Source of the DNA: Candidatus Eiseniibacteriota bacterium
GTDB lineage: Bacteria > Eisenbacteria > RBG-16-71-46 > CAIMUX01 > VGJL01
Reading direction: 5' to 3'
DNA length: 64,000 bases
NCBI GenBank assembly: GCA_963792585.1
Contig: CAWBWI010000003.1
Span: 352,001-416,000 of the forward strand
Shown: positions 1-10,837 of the stretch, piece by piece
How positions within the stretch are numbered: the first letter of the stretch is position 1
Layout: each line of letters starts with the position of its first letter
Translations under genes and position numbers: made by a program
Notes under the pieces: generated by a model
Told to the model about the DNA's origin: nothing
The model's input: only the letters and a program-made list of their open reading frames with translations
The model's database searches: none

Positions 1-597
1 GGCCTCGGGGATTCCCAGTTCCGTGCGCAGGGCGGCGCGATCGTCGTCGGCGTAGACGTCCAGTCGGGTGGGGTCGATGCAAGAGCGAACGACCCGAAGG
101 CGTTCGGCCGGAACGCCATGCTGTTCGAGCACCCTACGAACGGCGTCCGAGACACAGAGAAACAGGCAGGGGTCCGACGTGTAGCGCATCCGGGTCAGTG
201 GGTCCCCGCTCGGGGGAAAGTCCACGCGCCGGTGCACGACGAAAGCGGGCTTGTGGTCTTTCGGGAGGCCCGGAAGCCGGAGGGCGAAGAAGCCCAGGCT
301 GTGCGCGTTGGCCGTATGGGTGTGAAGGACAGCGGCGTCCGTCTCCTGGATCGCCTGGACGAGAGCGCGGATCGCGATCGGATCGCCCGCGCCGTGATAG
401 GAGATCTCGCGGACGGGAAGATCCAGGGCGCGGGCCCGCTGCGCCAGAGGGCTCCCCCTTGGGGTCATGACGATCGAGAGATGCCCGCGGGCGGTGAGCT
501 CGCCGGAAAGGTAGAGAACCTGTTGTTGACCACCCCTCCACTCCCGACCCGTGTCGAGATGGAGAACCCGAAGAGCAGTCCTGGCCGTCGGTTCCAA
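1..597 (-). CDS. Glycosyltransferase family 4 (GT-B), runs off the window start
   Basis: Manual minus-strand translation from TTG at 597 gives LRVLHLDTGREWRGGQQQVLYLSGELTARGH, a typical GT4 N-terminus. It is absent from the ORF track because its stop lies outside the window. Confidence 0.8.
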   Translation of the reverse strand, partial: MEPTARTALRVLHLDTGREWRGGQQQVLYLSGELTARGHLSIVMTPRGSPLAQRARALDLPVREISYHGAGDPIAIRALVQAIQETDAAVLHTHTANAHSLGFFALRLPGLPKDHKPAFVVHRRVDFPPSGDPLTRMRYTSDPCLFLCVSDAVRRVLEQHGVPAERLRVVRSCIDPTRLDVYADDDRAALRTELGIPEA

Positions 598-683
598 TAT
601 CGAATTTCCTCTCCGGTCGCCTTGAATCGTCGGACCCGCTCGGATTCTACATTGGGCCGGGCAACGGGAGGAACCTCAAGGGC

Positions 684-2036
684 CTAGCCGTTAGCAGGCG
701 TTGAGGTTGCCGCCTGAGCGGCCCGACTTCGAAATGCCAACCAGGCCAGCTGGGCGACCGCCCCCGCCACGAGTCCCGCCAGAGCGACGTAGATTCCGGT
801 CATGCCGCCATACCGGATACCCGCCAAGAGGACAATGGTGTTGACCGCAAGGTATACCCCCACAGCCTCGGTGATTCCGCGGGTCTTGCGGCTGTGGAGG
901 ATCTGCCCCTGAAACCAGCTCTGAAGGACCGCCTGGGCGGGCATCAGGAGGATGATCAGGGTTCCGCGACGGCCGAGGTCGGCGAGGGGGACCGGCAGGG
1001 CCGAGATGCGTCCGAAGTAGAGCCCGGCGAGCGGGGTTGCCGCGATGAGAAGGAGCAGCAGGGAGGTCGTCGCCCCGAGCATCAGCGCAAAACGGCGGAG
1101 GGCCGCGCCGGCGCCGGGGCGGTCGAGCAGCGCCACGACAACTTCGTTGAAGGCGATCCCGATGCTGCGGAAGGCGAAGCCGAGTCCGCTGATGACCGGC
1201 CAGACTGCGAGTGAATCGAGTGCCCGGGGCATCCGGCTCACCGCCGCACTTCCGATAGGTCCGCTGAGCAGCATCAGCAGGGGCGTCATGGCGAGCGGAA
1301 TGTAAAAGGTATAGAACTCGCGCAAGGTCAATGCGTGGGCGATCGCCGGCGCCGCGCGGAGCTGATTCGCAACTACAGGCCGAGCCGCCAAGCCAATGAA
1401 GACAGCCTCGGAGACGACGCCGAAGGCGACCGCGGTCGCGCCGACAACGATGCCCGGAATCGAGTGGATCGCATAGCCGATCGCGAGAATGATCACATTC
1501 CCGGACAGGCGAATCACCGTCCCGATCCCGACGCTGTGAGAGCGGCCGAAGCGGATGAGCACGCCCTGGTGCAGGCGCCGGTAGGCGATAGCGAATGTCC
1601 ACGGCGTCATGATGATGAGACCGATCCGCGCCGGCCCCCGAATCTCCTCAGGCGCGTGGATCAGATTCCCGACGACGAAGCCATAGAGCGGTGTGAGGGC
1701 CACGACCAGGTGGAGCACGGTCAGCCCGGCGCCGGTCCAGAGCATGAATCGACGGAGAAGTTCGTACGAACGATGATCCCTGGAGAGGGCGGTCGATGCG
1801 GACAGCAGCATGATGATCGGCGCCTCGACGATCATCGACAGGGGGAAGACGATCCCTCCATATGCGGCCAGGTGGATCTTCGGATCTGCGAGGCGAGCCA
1901 TGATCGCGCTGACGAGCGGCAGTTCGGCGGACATCAACAGCCAGCTCGCCGCGAGAGGCCACCAGGTGCGGGCGACCGCTCTCACGGTGAGGGGTTGATC
2001 CGCCGCCGTAGGGTTTGTTCCTTGATTCGACCGCAC
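684..2036 (-). CDS. Multi-pass membrane transporter, MATE/ANKH-like
   Basis: 450 aa, many hydrophobic segments, two internally similar halves (WWPLAASWLL... and FYIPLAMTPLL...). Confidence 0.7.
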   Translation of the reverse strand: MRSNQGTNPTAADQPLTVRAVARTWWPLAASWLLMSAELPLVSAIMARLADPKIHLAAYGGIVFPLSMIVEAPIIMLLSASTALSRDHRSYELLRRFMLWTGAGLTVLHLVVALTPLYGFVVGNLIHAPEEIRGPARIGLIIMTPWTFAIAYRRLHQGVLIRFGRSHSVGIGTVIRLSGNVIILAIGYAIHSIPGIVVGATAVAFGVVSEAVFIGLAARPVVANQLRAAPAIAHALTLREFYTFYIPLAMTPLLMLLSGPIGSAAVSRMPRALDSLAVWPVISGLGFAFRSIGIAFNEVVVALLDRPGAGAALRRFALMLGATTSLLLLLIAATPLAGLYFGRISALPVPLADLGRRGTLIILLMPAQAVLQSWFQGQILHSRKTRGITEAVGVYLAVNTIVLLAGIRYGGMTGIYVALAGLVAGAVAQLAWLAFRSRAAQAATSTPANG

Positions 2037-2068
2037 ACGCGATTCTAGCGATCGCGCGCACGAGTCCG

Positions 2069-3106
2069 CTAGGGATCTCGCACTCCGGCCGGTTCCGGAT
2101 TCCAGCCGAGTTGGATCACCTCGAAGTCACCCGCCTTGATGCTGTCGAAGGCGGGATTCAGCAGATCGTTGTCCCAGCGCGGGTCCATGGTCCCCTGGAT
2201 GTACATGTCCGACCCATTGTCGGCGACGATCAGACCGTAGGTCTTCATCGCCTGCAGGAGCCGGCGTATGGGCGCCGGGTAACCGGATATGTCCTTGTCC
2301 GCCCTGAGTCGCAGACGCGCCCCCATGGGGGGAGCGTCCGGATCGTCGCCCGCTTCGTGCGAGGCTGGCCAGACATAGCCGTTCGTCGCACGTGTCGTGA
2401 ACCGGAAGGCGTGGTGCACGGGCGCCGTGCCGTAGGCGTCCTCGTATCGGATCAGTCCGGGGAAGATTGCGAGGCCCGCGGCATCGGCCGAAGTCCATCC
2501 GTCCGGGCGGCGATCGTTGGTTGCGAGATTCCAGGTCGCGCCGGAGCCTGCCTCCCAGCGTTGCAGGGTGTTATTCCAGCGGGTCGCGAACGTCTCGAAG
2601 AGAAGCCAGTGATCTCGATCGATCAAGATCATGTGCCGATCGCCGCTGTTACCCCCTCCGGGGATTCCTCCCTCGATGTAGTTGGGAAGGGTTCGCGCCT
2701 CTACCGGGACCGGATATCCGGGGGGTCTCCCCGGCGCGCCAGGATCGCTTTCGCCGGGATACGAGACGAATGTGATCTCCAGCAGCGGCTGATCTCCCGC
2801 AACGCCGACATAGGGGATCCCATAGGGTGGCGGTCCGAAGTCGGGATGAAGCCCGCGCGTCCCGCCGATCCATTCGATGAGTTCCTCCGACCGGGAATCG
2901 ACAGGCGCCTGCGCGATGTCGAGGTTCCACCAGTTGTCCGTGGGGAAGACCTGCCGGTCGGAGAAGTCCTCCAGGAGCACAACCCCTCGAAAATCCGCAA
3001 GATCCTCGACGGAGCCCGGAGGGGTGTCGACGATCCGTGTGGGGCGCTCTGCGCATCCGGCGAGCGCCGCAAACGGCGCGAGGAGGAGAAGCAAGAGCGG
3101 TCGCAT
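2069..3106 (-). CDS. Hypothetical lipoprotein
   Basis: Probable start MRPLLLLL with lipobox LAGC, followed by a Pro/Gly/Asp/Trp-rich soluble domain. Confidence 0.7.
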   Translation of the reverse strand: MRPLLLLLLAPFAALAGCAERPTRIVDTPPGSVEDLADFRGVVLLEDFSDRQVFPTDNWWNLDIAQAPVDSRSEELIEWIGGTRGLHPDFGPPPYGIPYVGVAGDQPLLEITFVSYPGESDPGAPGRPPGYPVPVEARTLPNYIEGGIPGGGNSGDRHMILIDRDHWLLFETFATRWNNTLQRWEAGSGATWNLATNDRRPDGWTSADAAGLAIFPGLIRYEDAYGTAPVHHAFRFTTRATNGYVWPASHEAGDDPDAPPMGARLRLRADKDISGYPAPIRRLLQAMKTYGLIVADNGSDMYIQGTMDPRWDNDLLNPAFDSIKAGDFEVIQLGWNPEPAGVRDP

Positions 3107-3342
3107 GGGAAAAGCACGTGCGATCGCGCGATGGAAGATCCAGATCGGCGCAGGGAATTGTGAGGGGCACACAGTCCCACCCGTATCATGCACCCTTCCC
3201 ATGAAGAACCCCCGTGCCCCTCGAGGAGATGATCGGCGAAACCGGAGAAAAGCGCACCGTAATCATTTTCAGTGTTTCCGATGGGATGGCTTGGAACTTG
3301 CCCTCGCGCGATCTCGGGGGACGGGCCAGAGGAGGGGATGGA

Positions 3343-4569
3343 TCACCGGGCCCGGGAGTAGATCTCCTTCGCGGCCGGGAAGGGGCGAAGCGCGCGTTCG
3401 AAGAGGCCGAGGGAATAGGCGATCGCCATGCCGTAATTCGTGATCGAGACTCCCGCCCGGCGACAGCGTAGAACCCTCGAGAGCATCTCGCGCCGGTTGA
3501 TCATGCAGGCGCCGCAGTGGACGACGAGCCGGTAGGAGGACAGATCTTCGGGGAAATCGTGCCCCTGGACGGTGGTGAAGTCGAGTGAGCCGCCGACATA
3601 CTGGGTCAGCCATCGCGGGATCTTGGTCCGCCCGATGTCGTCAGCGATGGGGTGATGGGAACAAGCTTCGGCGACGAGGACGCGATCTCCCGGCCGCAGG
3701 GAGTCGATCTCCATGGCGCCCCGCACGAACTCGGAGAGATCGCCCTTGAACCTCGAAAAGAGAATCGAAAAGGAGGTCAAAGGCACATCGGCGGGCGTGT
3801 CGGCGGCGACCTTGAGGAACGCCTGGGAGTCGGTGACCACGATCGCGGGTGGACAGCGGAGGCGCGCGAGGGCTTCCTGCAACTCCCCTTCCTTGACCAC
3901 CATGCAGAACGAATCTCCGTCGAGCAGGTCCCGGATCGTCTGCACCTGGGGAAGGATCAACCGGCCCTTGGGGGCCTCCTTGTCAATGGGGACGACGAGC
4001 ACCGCCATCTCTCCGGGCGGCACGAGATCGCTCAGGATGACGGGCGCGTTGATGAAGTCATCGGGAACAATTCGAATGAGGACTTCGCGAAGATCGAGGA
4101 TTCCTTCCCCTGTCGCGGCGTTCGTGTTCGCGCTCGGCGTCGCGAGCGCTTCAAGACGCGCCCGGATGTCACCCGCCGGCGTCGCCCGGTCGATCTTGTT
4201 GAAGACGACGATCGTGGGGATCGAGCGGTCGCGTAGCTCCGCGAGTAGATCCTCCTCAAATGGCGTCCAGCACCCGGCCTCGGTGACCAGAAAGGCGACG
4301 TCGGTCCGGTCCAGGACGGCGCGTGTCCTCCCGACACGCATCTCGCCGAGCATGCCCGTGTCGTCGATGCCGGCGGTGTCGATGAAGAGGACGGGTCCCA
4401 ATGGGAGCATCTCCATCGGCTTTTCGACGGGATCCGTGGTCGTTCCCGGCACCTCCGAGACGATCGAGACATGCTGCCGCGTCAGGGCGTTCAGCAGCGA
4501 AGACTTGCCGACGTTACGTCGGCCGTAAATCCCAATGTGCAACCGAACGGAACGGGGCGCGGCCCTCAC
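3343..4569 (-). CDS. hydF: [FeFe]-hydrogenase H-cluster maturation GTPase
   Basis: P-loop GRRNVGKSS, GTTTD, DTAG, NKID, plus EACSHH and HCGACM Fe-S motifs. Confidence 0.97.
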   Translation of the reverse strand: MRAAPRSVRLHIGIYGRRNVGKSSLLNALTRQHVSIVSEVPGTTTDPVEKPMEMLPLGPVLFIDTAGIDDTGMLGEMRVGRTRAVLDRTDVAFLVTEAGCWTPFEEDLLAELRDRSIPTIVVFNKIDRATPAGDIRARLEALATPSANTNAATGEGILDLREVLIRIVPDDFINAPVILSDLVPPGEMAVLVVPIDKEAPKGRLILPQVQTIRDLLDGDSFCMVVKEGELQEALARLRCPPAIVVTDSQAFLKVAADTPADVPLTSFSILFSRFKGDLSEFVRGAMEIDSLRPGDRVLVAEACSHHPIADDIGRTKIPRWLTQYVGGSLDFTTVQGHDFPEDLSSYRLVVHCGACMINRREMLSRVLRCRRAGVSITNYGMAIAYSLGLFERALRPFPAAKEIYSRAR

Positions 4570-4823
4570 GATCCAAACCTCGTTGCGCGGTCGGGGGATC
4601 CAGGGCCGTGACGCCCATGTGCGCTCGAGACGGCGTGCAACTCATCGTTCATCCAGGCGCAGGCGAGCTTCACCTCGCCACATGCGCGAATCATCGCGCG
4701 ATCGATCGATTGTCCGGGGAAAGGGAAGTTCTCGGCGGCCCGAACGGCATGGATGCCATAGAGGGCACCGCCGGGAACTTCCCGGATCCCCAGAGAATCA
4801 CGCTCCGTGCGGGAATCGCTCAT
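4566..4823 (-). pseudogene. aspA: Truncated aspartate ammonia-lyase/fumarase-family remnant
   Basis: 85 aa starting RTERDSLGIREVP..ALYGIHAVRAAENF, the N-terminus of this family. The rest of the protein is missing. Confidence 0.75.
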
Positions 4824-6244
4824 ACGAGGAGATCCCGCTCACCGGACTCGGAGATCCTGCGGAGACGGTTGGCGATCTCACGCTTCATGGGCCCTTCCTC
4901 GAGGCGGGCCATCTCGTCGTCGATCTTGCGCAGACCCGCCGCACGGGTCTCCGGAGAAGCGTGATCGACGAGGTACTCCATCAGGGTCGTCAGGGCGTTG
5001 GGCGTGCAGAAGCGTTGGATGAAGCCTGGAATCGCGTATTCCATGAAGACCTCGCCCGTACGCCCCACGCGGTAGCAGGCGGTGCAGAAACTCGGCATGT
5101 GGCCGGTCTCGATCAGCTCGCGGATCACTTCGTCGAGGGGGCGCCTGTCGCCGAGCGTGAACTGCTCCCGCTCGATCGCCTGCACATCCGAGGAATCCGT
5201 ATAGCCGCCGAGTTCGATCCGGCTGCCGCCGTCGATCTGGGAGACGCCGAAGTCGATCGCCCCACGGCGGACATCGGCGGTTTCGCGGGCGGTGAGGATC
5301 ATCCCGGTGTATGGAACCGAGACGCGCAGGATCGCAATCAGGAGGAGCAGATCCGCGTCCGAGACGGAAGGAGCCCCTTTGAAGTCGACACCCTGGGCGG
5401 GACGAATGCGCGGGAAGCTGATCGTGTGGGGACCGACGCCGTAGCGATCGAAGAGATGGCGCGCGTGCGCAACGAGGCCGAGGGTGTCGATGCGCCAGTC
5501 GGCGAGACCGAACAGCGCGCCGATGCCGACGTCGTCGCATCCGGCTTCGATCGCCCTGCTCGGGCCGTCGAGTCGCCAGAGGAAGTCGCCCTTTCGTGAA
5601 CTGCTCGGGTGCATCCGCCCATAGACTTCGTGGTCGTAGGTCTCCTGGAAGATCTGGTATGTGCCGATCCCAGCGGCTTTGACGACCTTGTATCCGTCAT
5701 GATCGAGGGGCGCCGCATTCACGTTGACCCTGCGAATTTCATCATGGCCGGTGCGCGTGGCGTAGACCTCCCGTACCGCGGCGGCGATCGCCTCCGCGTC
5801 ATAGCGAGGATGCTCTCCGAAGACGAGGATCAATCTCTTGTGACCGACCCCCTCGAGGGCGCGGACCTGTTCCCTGATCTCCGCGGGATCGAGTGTGCGG
5901 CGCACTGCGTCCGGGTTCGATCTGCGGAAAGCGCAGTAGGCGCAGTCGTTCACGCAATCGTTCCCGATGTACAGGGGGGCGAAGAGGACGATTCGGTCGC
6001 CGTAGACGCGCCGCTTGAGCTCGCGAGCGGTTTCCTGGATCTCCTCGCGAAGAGCCGGGTCGTCCGCGCGGAGGAGATCAGCGGTTTCGTTCACGGTCAG
6101 CGCCTGCAGCGAGAGGCTCTTGGCTAGGATCTCGCGGACACGCTCAGGAGCGGGGCGGTCATGCTCCAACAGCGTGCGAAAGAGGGAGTCGTCTATGAAA
6201 TCAGCGGCGCCCTCGCTCAGTTTCATCGCGGGAAGGACCGGCAT
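4820..6244 (-). CDS. hydG: [FeFe]-hydrogenase radical SAM maturase
   Basis: LFAPLYIGNDCVNDCAYC radical SAM motif, YQIFQETY, and C-terminal SFCTACYR...FCTPNA auxiliary-cluster motif. Start placed at MPVLP. Confidence 0.96.
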   Translation of the reverse strand: MPVLPAMKLSEGAADFIDDSLFRTLLEHDRPAPERVREILAKSLSLQALTVNETADLLRADDPALREEIQETARELKRRVYGDRIVLFAPLYIGNDCVNDCAYCAFRRSNPDAVRRTLDPAEIREQVRALEGVGHKRLILVFGEHPRYDAEAIAAAVREVYATRTGHDEIRRVNVNAAPLDHDGYKVVKAAGIGTYQIFQETYDHEVYGRMHPSSSRKGDFLWRLDGPSRAIEAGCDDVGIGALFGLADWRIDTLGLVAHARHLFDRYGVGPHTISFPRIRPAQGVDFKGAPSVSDADLLLLIAILRVSVPYTGMILTARETADVRRGAIDFGVSQIDGGSRIELGGYTDSSDVQAIEREQFTLGDRRPLDEVIRELIETGHMPSFCTACYRVGRTGEVFMEYAIPGFIQRFCTPNALTTLMEYLVDHASPETRAAGLRKIDDEMARLEEGPMKREIANRLRRISESGERDLLV

Positions 6245-6246
6245 GC

Positions 6247-7269
6247 TCAAGTCCTCCCCCGGGCGCGGGAATCGCCGCGTCCCTTTCCCACGGATCGACC
6301 CATCGCGGCGATGCGCCCGCGGAGGCATTCGTGGCAATCGTCGGCGGTTTCGAGGAGGCAGGCTTTGTCGGGATATATCGTGTAGTGCTCGCGGTACTGC
6401 GGCGGCGTGATGTTCGGCATGAGGACATTCGCGCCGCGAGCGAGGCCGAGTTCGCGTCCGGCCAGCCTGTTCACGGTTGCCAGCGCCGTCGTGCTGGGGA
6501 TGTTGGCTGCCGGACAGACGAGCCGGGCGAGGGCGACGACTTTGTAGGTCATCGTCTCGCTGTCCCACGGCGGGCAGGCCTCCGATGCCAGAGGGGTGCC
6601 CGGGTGGGGAAGGTAAGGACCGACGCCAATCATGTCGAGACCGATACGCCGGAAGGTCTCGACATCATCGGCGAGGTCCTCGCAAGTCTGTCCTGGCAAG
6701 CCAACCATCACACCACTTCCAACCTCGTATCCCAACCGTCGAAGTCGGAGGAGAATGGTTATCCGATCCGGACCACCGGCGATCAGAGGGGGGTGGATCC
6801 GCTCGTAGAGCGCCCGGTTGGAGGTCTCGAACCGCAGGAGGTATCGATCGGCGCCCGCCCGCTTCCAGCTCGCGAGATGTTCGTCATCGCGTTCGCCAAG
6901 GCTGAGCGTCACGGCGAGGGGAGTCTCCGACTTGATCGTGTGGATCGTGTCCTCGATCGCCGCCCGTGTGAGACCCAGATCCTCGCCCGACTGCAGGACG
7001 ACGGTGCCGTATCCAAGCGCGACCGCCTCGCGGGCGCAGGCGACGATCTCATCGGGCGTCATGCGGTAGCGCTCAACGGCCGAGCCGGCGCGGATCCCGC
7101 AGTAGGCGCAGAGTCGTGCGCAGTGATTCGAGATCTCGATCAGGCCGCGCAGGTGGATCGCATCCCCGACGACCGTCCGCCGGACATGGTCCGCCCGGTC
7201 CCATAGCTCCCGGAGACGGCCGGGATCCTCTTCGTGGAGCCAACGAAGGATCTCCGCGCGCTCGATCAT
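6247..7269 (-). CDS. hydE: [FeFe]-hydrogenase radical SAM maturase
   Basis: LRGLIEISNHCARLCAYC, VVLQSGED, RYLLRFET, GANVLMPN, YTIYPDK. Confidence 0.96.
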   Translation of the reverse strand: MIERAEILRWLHEEDPGRLRELWDRADHVRRTVVGDAIHLRGLIEISNHCARLCAYCGIRAGSAVERYRMTPDEIVACAREAVALGYGTVVLQSGEDLGLTRAAIEDTIHTIKSETPLAVTLSLGERDDEHLASWKRAGADRYLLRFETSNRALYERIHPPLIAGGPDRITILLRLRRLGYEVGSGVMVGLPGQTCEDLADDVETFRRIGLDMIGVGPYLPHPGTPLASEACPPWDSETMTYKVVALARLVCPAANIPSTTALATVNRLAGRELGLARGANVLMPNITPPQYREHYTIYPDKACLLETADDCHECLRGRIAAMGRSVGKGRGDSRARGRT

Positions 7270-8417
7270 GAATGCGCGACCGTTTCCATTGCCACACCGG
7301 TTCGCCCCAGCGTCACGGTGAAGGTGGTGCCGACATCCGCCTCGCTTTCGACGCCCACGTCGCCTCCGTACACCTGGGCGAGCCGCTTGACGATGGAGAG
7401 CCCGAGCCCGCTCCCGAGGATGTTGCGCGTCTTGTCATTCTTGATCCGCACGAACTCGCCGAAGAGCTTCGCCGATTCCTCATTCGTCATGCCGATGCCG
7501 GTGTCCGCGACCCGGATCGTGACCCGATCTGCGTCCGCGGCGATCGTCACGTCGACGTGGCCCGCTTCGCGGTTGTACTTCACCGCGTTGGTGACCAGGT
7601 TGTTCAGGACGATCTCGATCTCTCCCGGGTCGGCGTTCATCGTGACGGGGCCTTCCGCGTGCATCTCGATTCCGATCCTCCGGGCGGTCGCGTCCGGCGT
7701 GACGGTTTCGATCGCCTTGCGGGCGATCTCGCAGACATCCAAGGCGACGAGATCCCGTTGCTTCTGGCCGGACTCGAGGCGGGTGAGATCGAGCAGATCG
7801 AGGATGAGCTTGCGCATGCCCTCGAGGCGGATGAGGGAGCGGTCGATCGCGCTGTCGTACGCGGCGATGTCATTCCCGATCGCGCGGTTCTGCATGATGT
7901 TCAGATAGCCCTGGATGGCCGCGAGGGGCGCCTTCAGTTCGTGGACGAGGATGGAAATGAACTGAAAGCGGATCTGGCGCTTCTCGAGGGCGAGGCGGCG
8001 GGCCTGGCGTTGGAGGAGCAGATGTTTTGCCGTCTTGCGCACCGTCGTCCTGAGTTCCTCGGGCGTGAAGGGTTTTGCGAGGAAGTCGTAGGCACCCCGC
8101 TTCGTCGCGATGACCGCGGTCTCGAGGGACGCATAGGCCGTGATCATCACGGTCAGCAGGTCGAGGGGGCGATCCGCCAGAGCCGCGAGGACGTCGAGCC
8201 CCGAGATTCCCGGGAGTTTGTGGTCGAGGAGGAGCAGGTCCGGGGCGGCCGCGGCGATCTTCTCCAGGGCTTCCTCACCGGTCCCCGCTTGTTCGACCTG
8301 GAAGCGGACGTCGCTGTCGATCTCGGGAATCGAGACGGTGAATCCGTCGAGGGCCCGGGCGACGGCGGCCCGCATCCCCGTCTCGTCATCGACGATCAGC
8401 ACGCGCAGTTGTTCCAT
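7266..8417 (-). CDS. Hybrid receiver-domain/histidine kinase
   Basis: N-terminal receiver (VLIVDD, LLLLDHKLPG, FLAKPF), H-box HELKAPL, NLVTNAVKY, DTGIG, GSGLGL. Confidence 0.92.
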   Translation of the reverse strand: MEQLRVLIVDDETGMRAAVARALDGFTVSIPEIDSDVRFQVEQAGTGEEALEKIAAAAPDLLLLDHKLPGISGLDVLAALADRPLDLLTVMITAYASLETAVIATKRGAYDFLAKPFTPEELRTTVRKTAKHLLLQRQARRLALEKRQIRFQFISILVHELKAPLAAIQGYLNIMQNRAIGNDIAAYDSAIDRSLIRLEGMRKLILDLLDLTRLESGQKQRDLVALDVCEIARKAIETVTPDATARRIGIEMHAEGPVTMNADPGEIEIVLNNLVTNAVKYNREAGHVDVTIAADADRVTIRVADTGIGMTNEESAKLFGEFVRIKNDKTRNILGSGLGLSIVKRLAQVYGGDVGVESEADVGTTFTVTLGRTGVAMETVAHS

Positions 8418-8419
8418 CG

Positions 8420-8821
8420 TCAGCTTCCTTTCAGCCGATGAGTCGGTCGATCTCGCGGCGCAGTTCCTCGAAGCGAATCGGCTTCGCCAGGAGCGCGTCG
8501 GCCTTGATCCAGGAACGCTCTTCCTGAGTGGCCGCGTCGAAGGCGATTCCGGTCTCGACTGGTCACGGCGGTCACGAGAATCACCGGCGTGCCCGGGTGG
8601 AGTTTCTTGATCCGGTGGCACAGGACGAAGCCCGCGTCGAAGTTCTCCATCATGAGGTCGAGGATCGCGAGATCGGGGGCGTTGCCCGCGATCAACTCCT
8701 CGGCCTTGGCCTGGCCGTCGGCTACAAGGACGCGAAAGCCCGCGGCTTCGAGTTGCAGCTGTTGCTGGAGGAGGAAGTCCGGGTCGTCGTCGACAACGAG
8801 GATGGTTTTGGGTTCGGTCAT
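8420..8821 (-). CDS. Single-domain response regulator (frameshifted near the C-terminus)
   Basis: ILVVDDD, LAILDLMME, VILVTAV. The C-terminal part continues in another frame. Confidence 0.85.
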   Translation of the reverse strand: MTEPKTILVVDDDPDFLLQQQLQLEAAGFRVLVADGQAKAEELIAGNAPDLAILDLMMENFDAGFVLCHRIKKLHPGTPVILVTAVTSRDRNRLRRGHSGRAFLDQGRRAPGEADSLRGTAPRDRPTHRLKGS

Positions 8822-10821
8822 TCCTGCTGCCCTCTCCTGGGAAGGGTGATGGTGAACGTGGTCCCCGTCGGACCGTTCGCCGGATCGGCGTTCGAATCGA
8901 CATGAATGTCGCCACGGTGCATCTTGATGATCCCGTAGCTGACCGCAAGTCCGAGTCCCGTGCCCTTACCGATCTGCTTGGTCGTGAAGAACGGCTCGAA
9001 GATCTTGCCGAGGTTCTCCTTCGGGATGCCGACTCCGGTGTCGGTCACCGAGATGCGCACCCGACCCTCGTCTCCGCTGGTGCCGACGATCAACGTGCCG
9101 CCCTCCGGCATCGCCGCATAGGCGTTCTCGACGAGGTTGGTGAGCACCTGCGTGATCTGATCGCCATCGAGTTCGGCGACAGGATCGGTACCGTCGTGCA
9201 CACAACGGACCGCGACGTTCGCGGGCGGTACCAGAATTCGCAGACTCGAGTCGATGAGATTGCGCAGGTCGATCGCCTCGAGCGCGACCTTGTTCTGTCG
9301 CGCGAAGTTCAGCAGGCCGGCAACGATCTTCTTGCAGCGATCGGTCTGCTCGACGATGATCGCGAGATCTTCCTCGAGTTTCTCGTCTTTCCCGTGCTCA
9401 TCGAGGAGGAGATGAGCATACATGAGCACCACGCCCAGCGGATTGTTGACTTCGTGGGCGATGCCCGCAGCGAGCTGCCCCATACTGGCGAGGTTCTCGG
9501 AGTGCATCAGCGCCTCCTGCGCGCTGGCGAGCTGCGTGTTGGAGACCGCGAGTTCGCGGACGGTTCGCTGCAGCTGATCGATGGTGTAGGGCAGGCACAT
9601 CTCGCTCTCGGCCAGTCCCTTATGGATGGCGATGGCGTGGGCCACGCAGGTGTCGTAGCCGCAGGCGCCGCAGTTGAGCTCGTCCTTTGGGCGACTCCTT
9701 GCCGATCCGCTGCAGGATCTCCGCGATCTCATCGCGGGAGGGAGGATCGAACCGCTGATCGTCGGCCGTATAGGTCCGCGTCAACCCGAGGTTGTCGAAT
9801 TTCGCCATCTCCCCGCGGATTGTCTTCTCGCTGGGGCCGATCCAGCGCTTGCGGACGAACTGGCTCACGCGCGAACGACGGCTGAAGAGGGGAGTGCCGA
9901 CGGTCATGCCCGGGCCCATGATGCAGCCGTTGCAGCAGAGGACCTCGAGCAGTCGGGCACGAAGATCGCCGGCTTCGAACTCCTTGATGGCCTCGACGAA
10001 GTTGCTGCGTCCCTCGGCGACCATCACGTCGCCGTCGACCAGGTCCTCCTGGATGTCGGCGGCCTGCAGAAGCCCGCGGCTGATGGGGAACAGGGCGCCG
10101 CCCGCCGTGCGGCGGGTCGAAGTCCGACGGTGGAACAGCGGCGGGGATCAGGTCGCGGGAGGCGAACAGTTGGCGCAGCTCGGAGAAGGTCAGCGCGCGT
10201 CGATCTCGCCGGCCATTGCCTTCGCGTCCGCCTCGCCCTTCTTGGCGATGCACGGACCGATGAAGACGATCTTCAGGTCCTCTCCGTGGAGTGCCTTGAG
10301 CGCACGGGCCATCGCGACCATCGGCGAGACGATGGGAGCGAGCGAAGGGACCGAGTCCGGGTGGTAACGCTCGACGTAGCCGACGACGGCCGGGCAGGTC
10401 GTGGCGATGAATCGTCGCTGGGGATTCTCCTCGACCAGCGTGCGGTAGCGATCGGCGACGAGATCGGCTCCGAAGCGACCTCGTGCACCATCGCGAATCC
10501 CATCGCCCGCAGCATCCCGACGAGCGTGGTGTATCCCATGTCGAGGAACTCGGCGGGGAAGCTCGGCGCCAGGCAGGCGCCGACTCGCGCGCCGGAGGCG
10601 AGCAGCGCCTCCACGTCCTCGATCGAACTGCGGACGTGCTTCGCCTTCTGCCTGCAGACGACGACGCAGTTGCCGCAGCCGATGCAGCGCTCGGCGATCA
10701 CGGCCGCCTGGCCGTCGGCGATGCGGATCGCCTTGGCCGGGCACTCGCGCACGCACGTGTAGCAGACGCGGCAGCGCTCGTTGATCGTGGAGACAAGAGG
10801 TTCGGCCGTAGCTTGCTTCAC
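8818..10821 (-). CDS. Sensory [FeFe]-hydrogenase-like protein fused to a histidine kinase (several frameshifts)
   Basis: Pieces across frames: 2x[4Fe-4S] ferredoxin ([23 protein letters not shown]), H-domain motifs [19 protein letters not shown] and [24 protein letters not shown], then AHEVNNPL and an HATPase ([14 protein letters not shown]). Confidence 0.85.
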
Positions 10822-10837
10822 ATTCCTCTCCGTGGAT

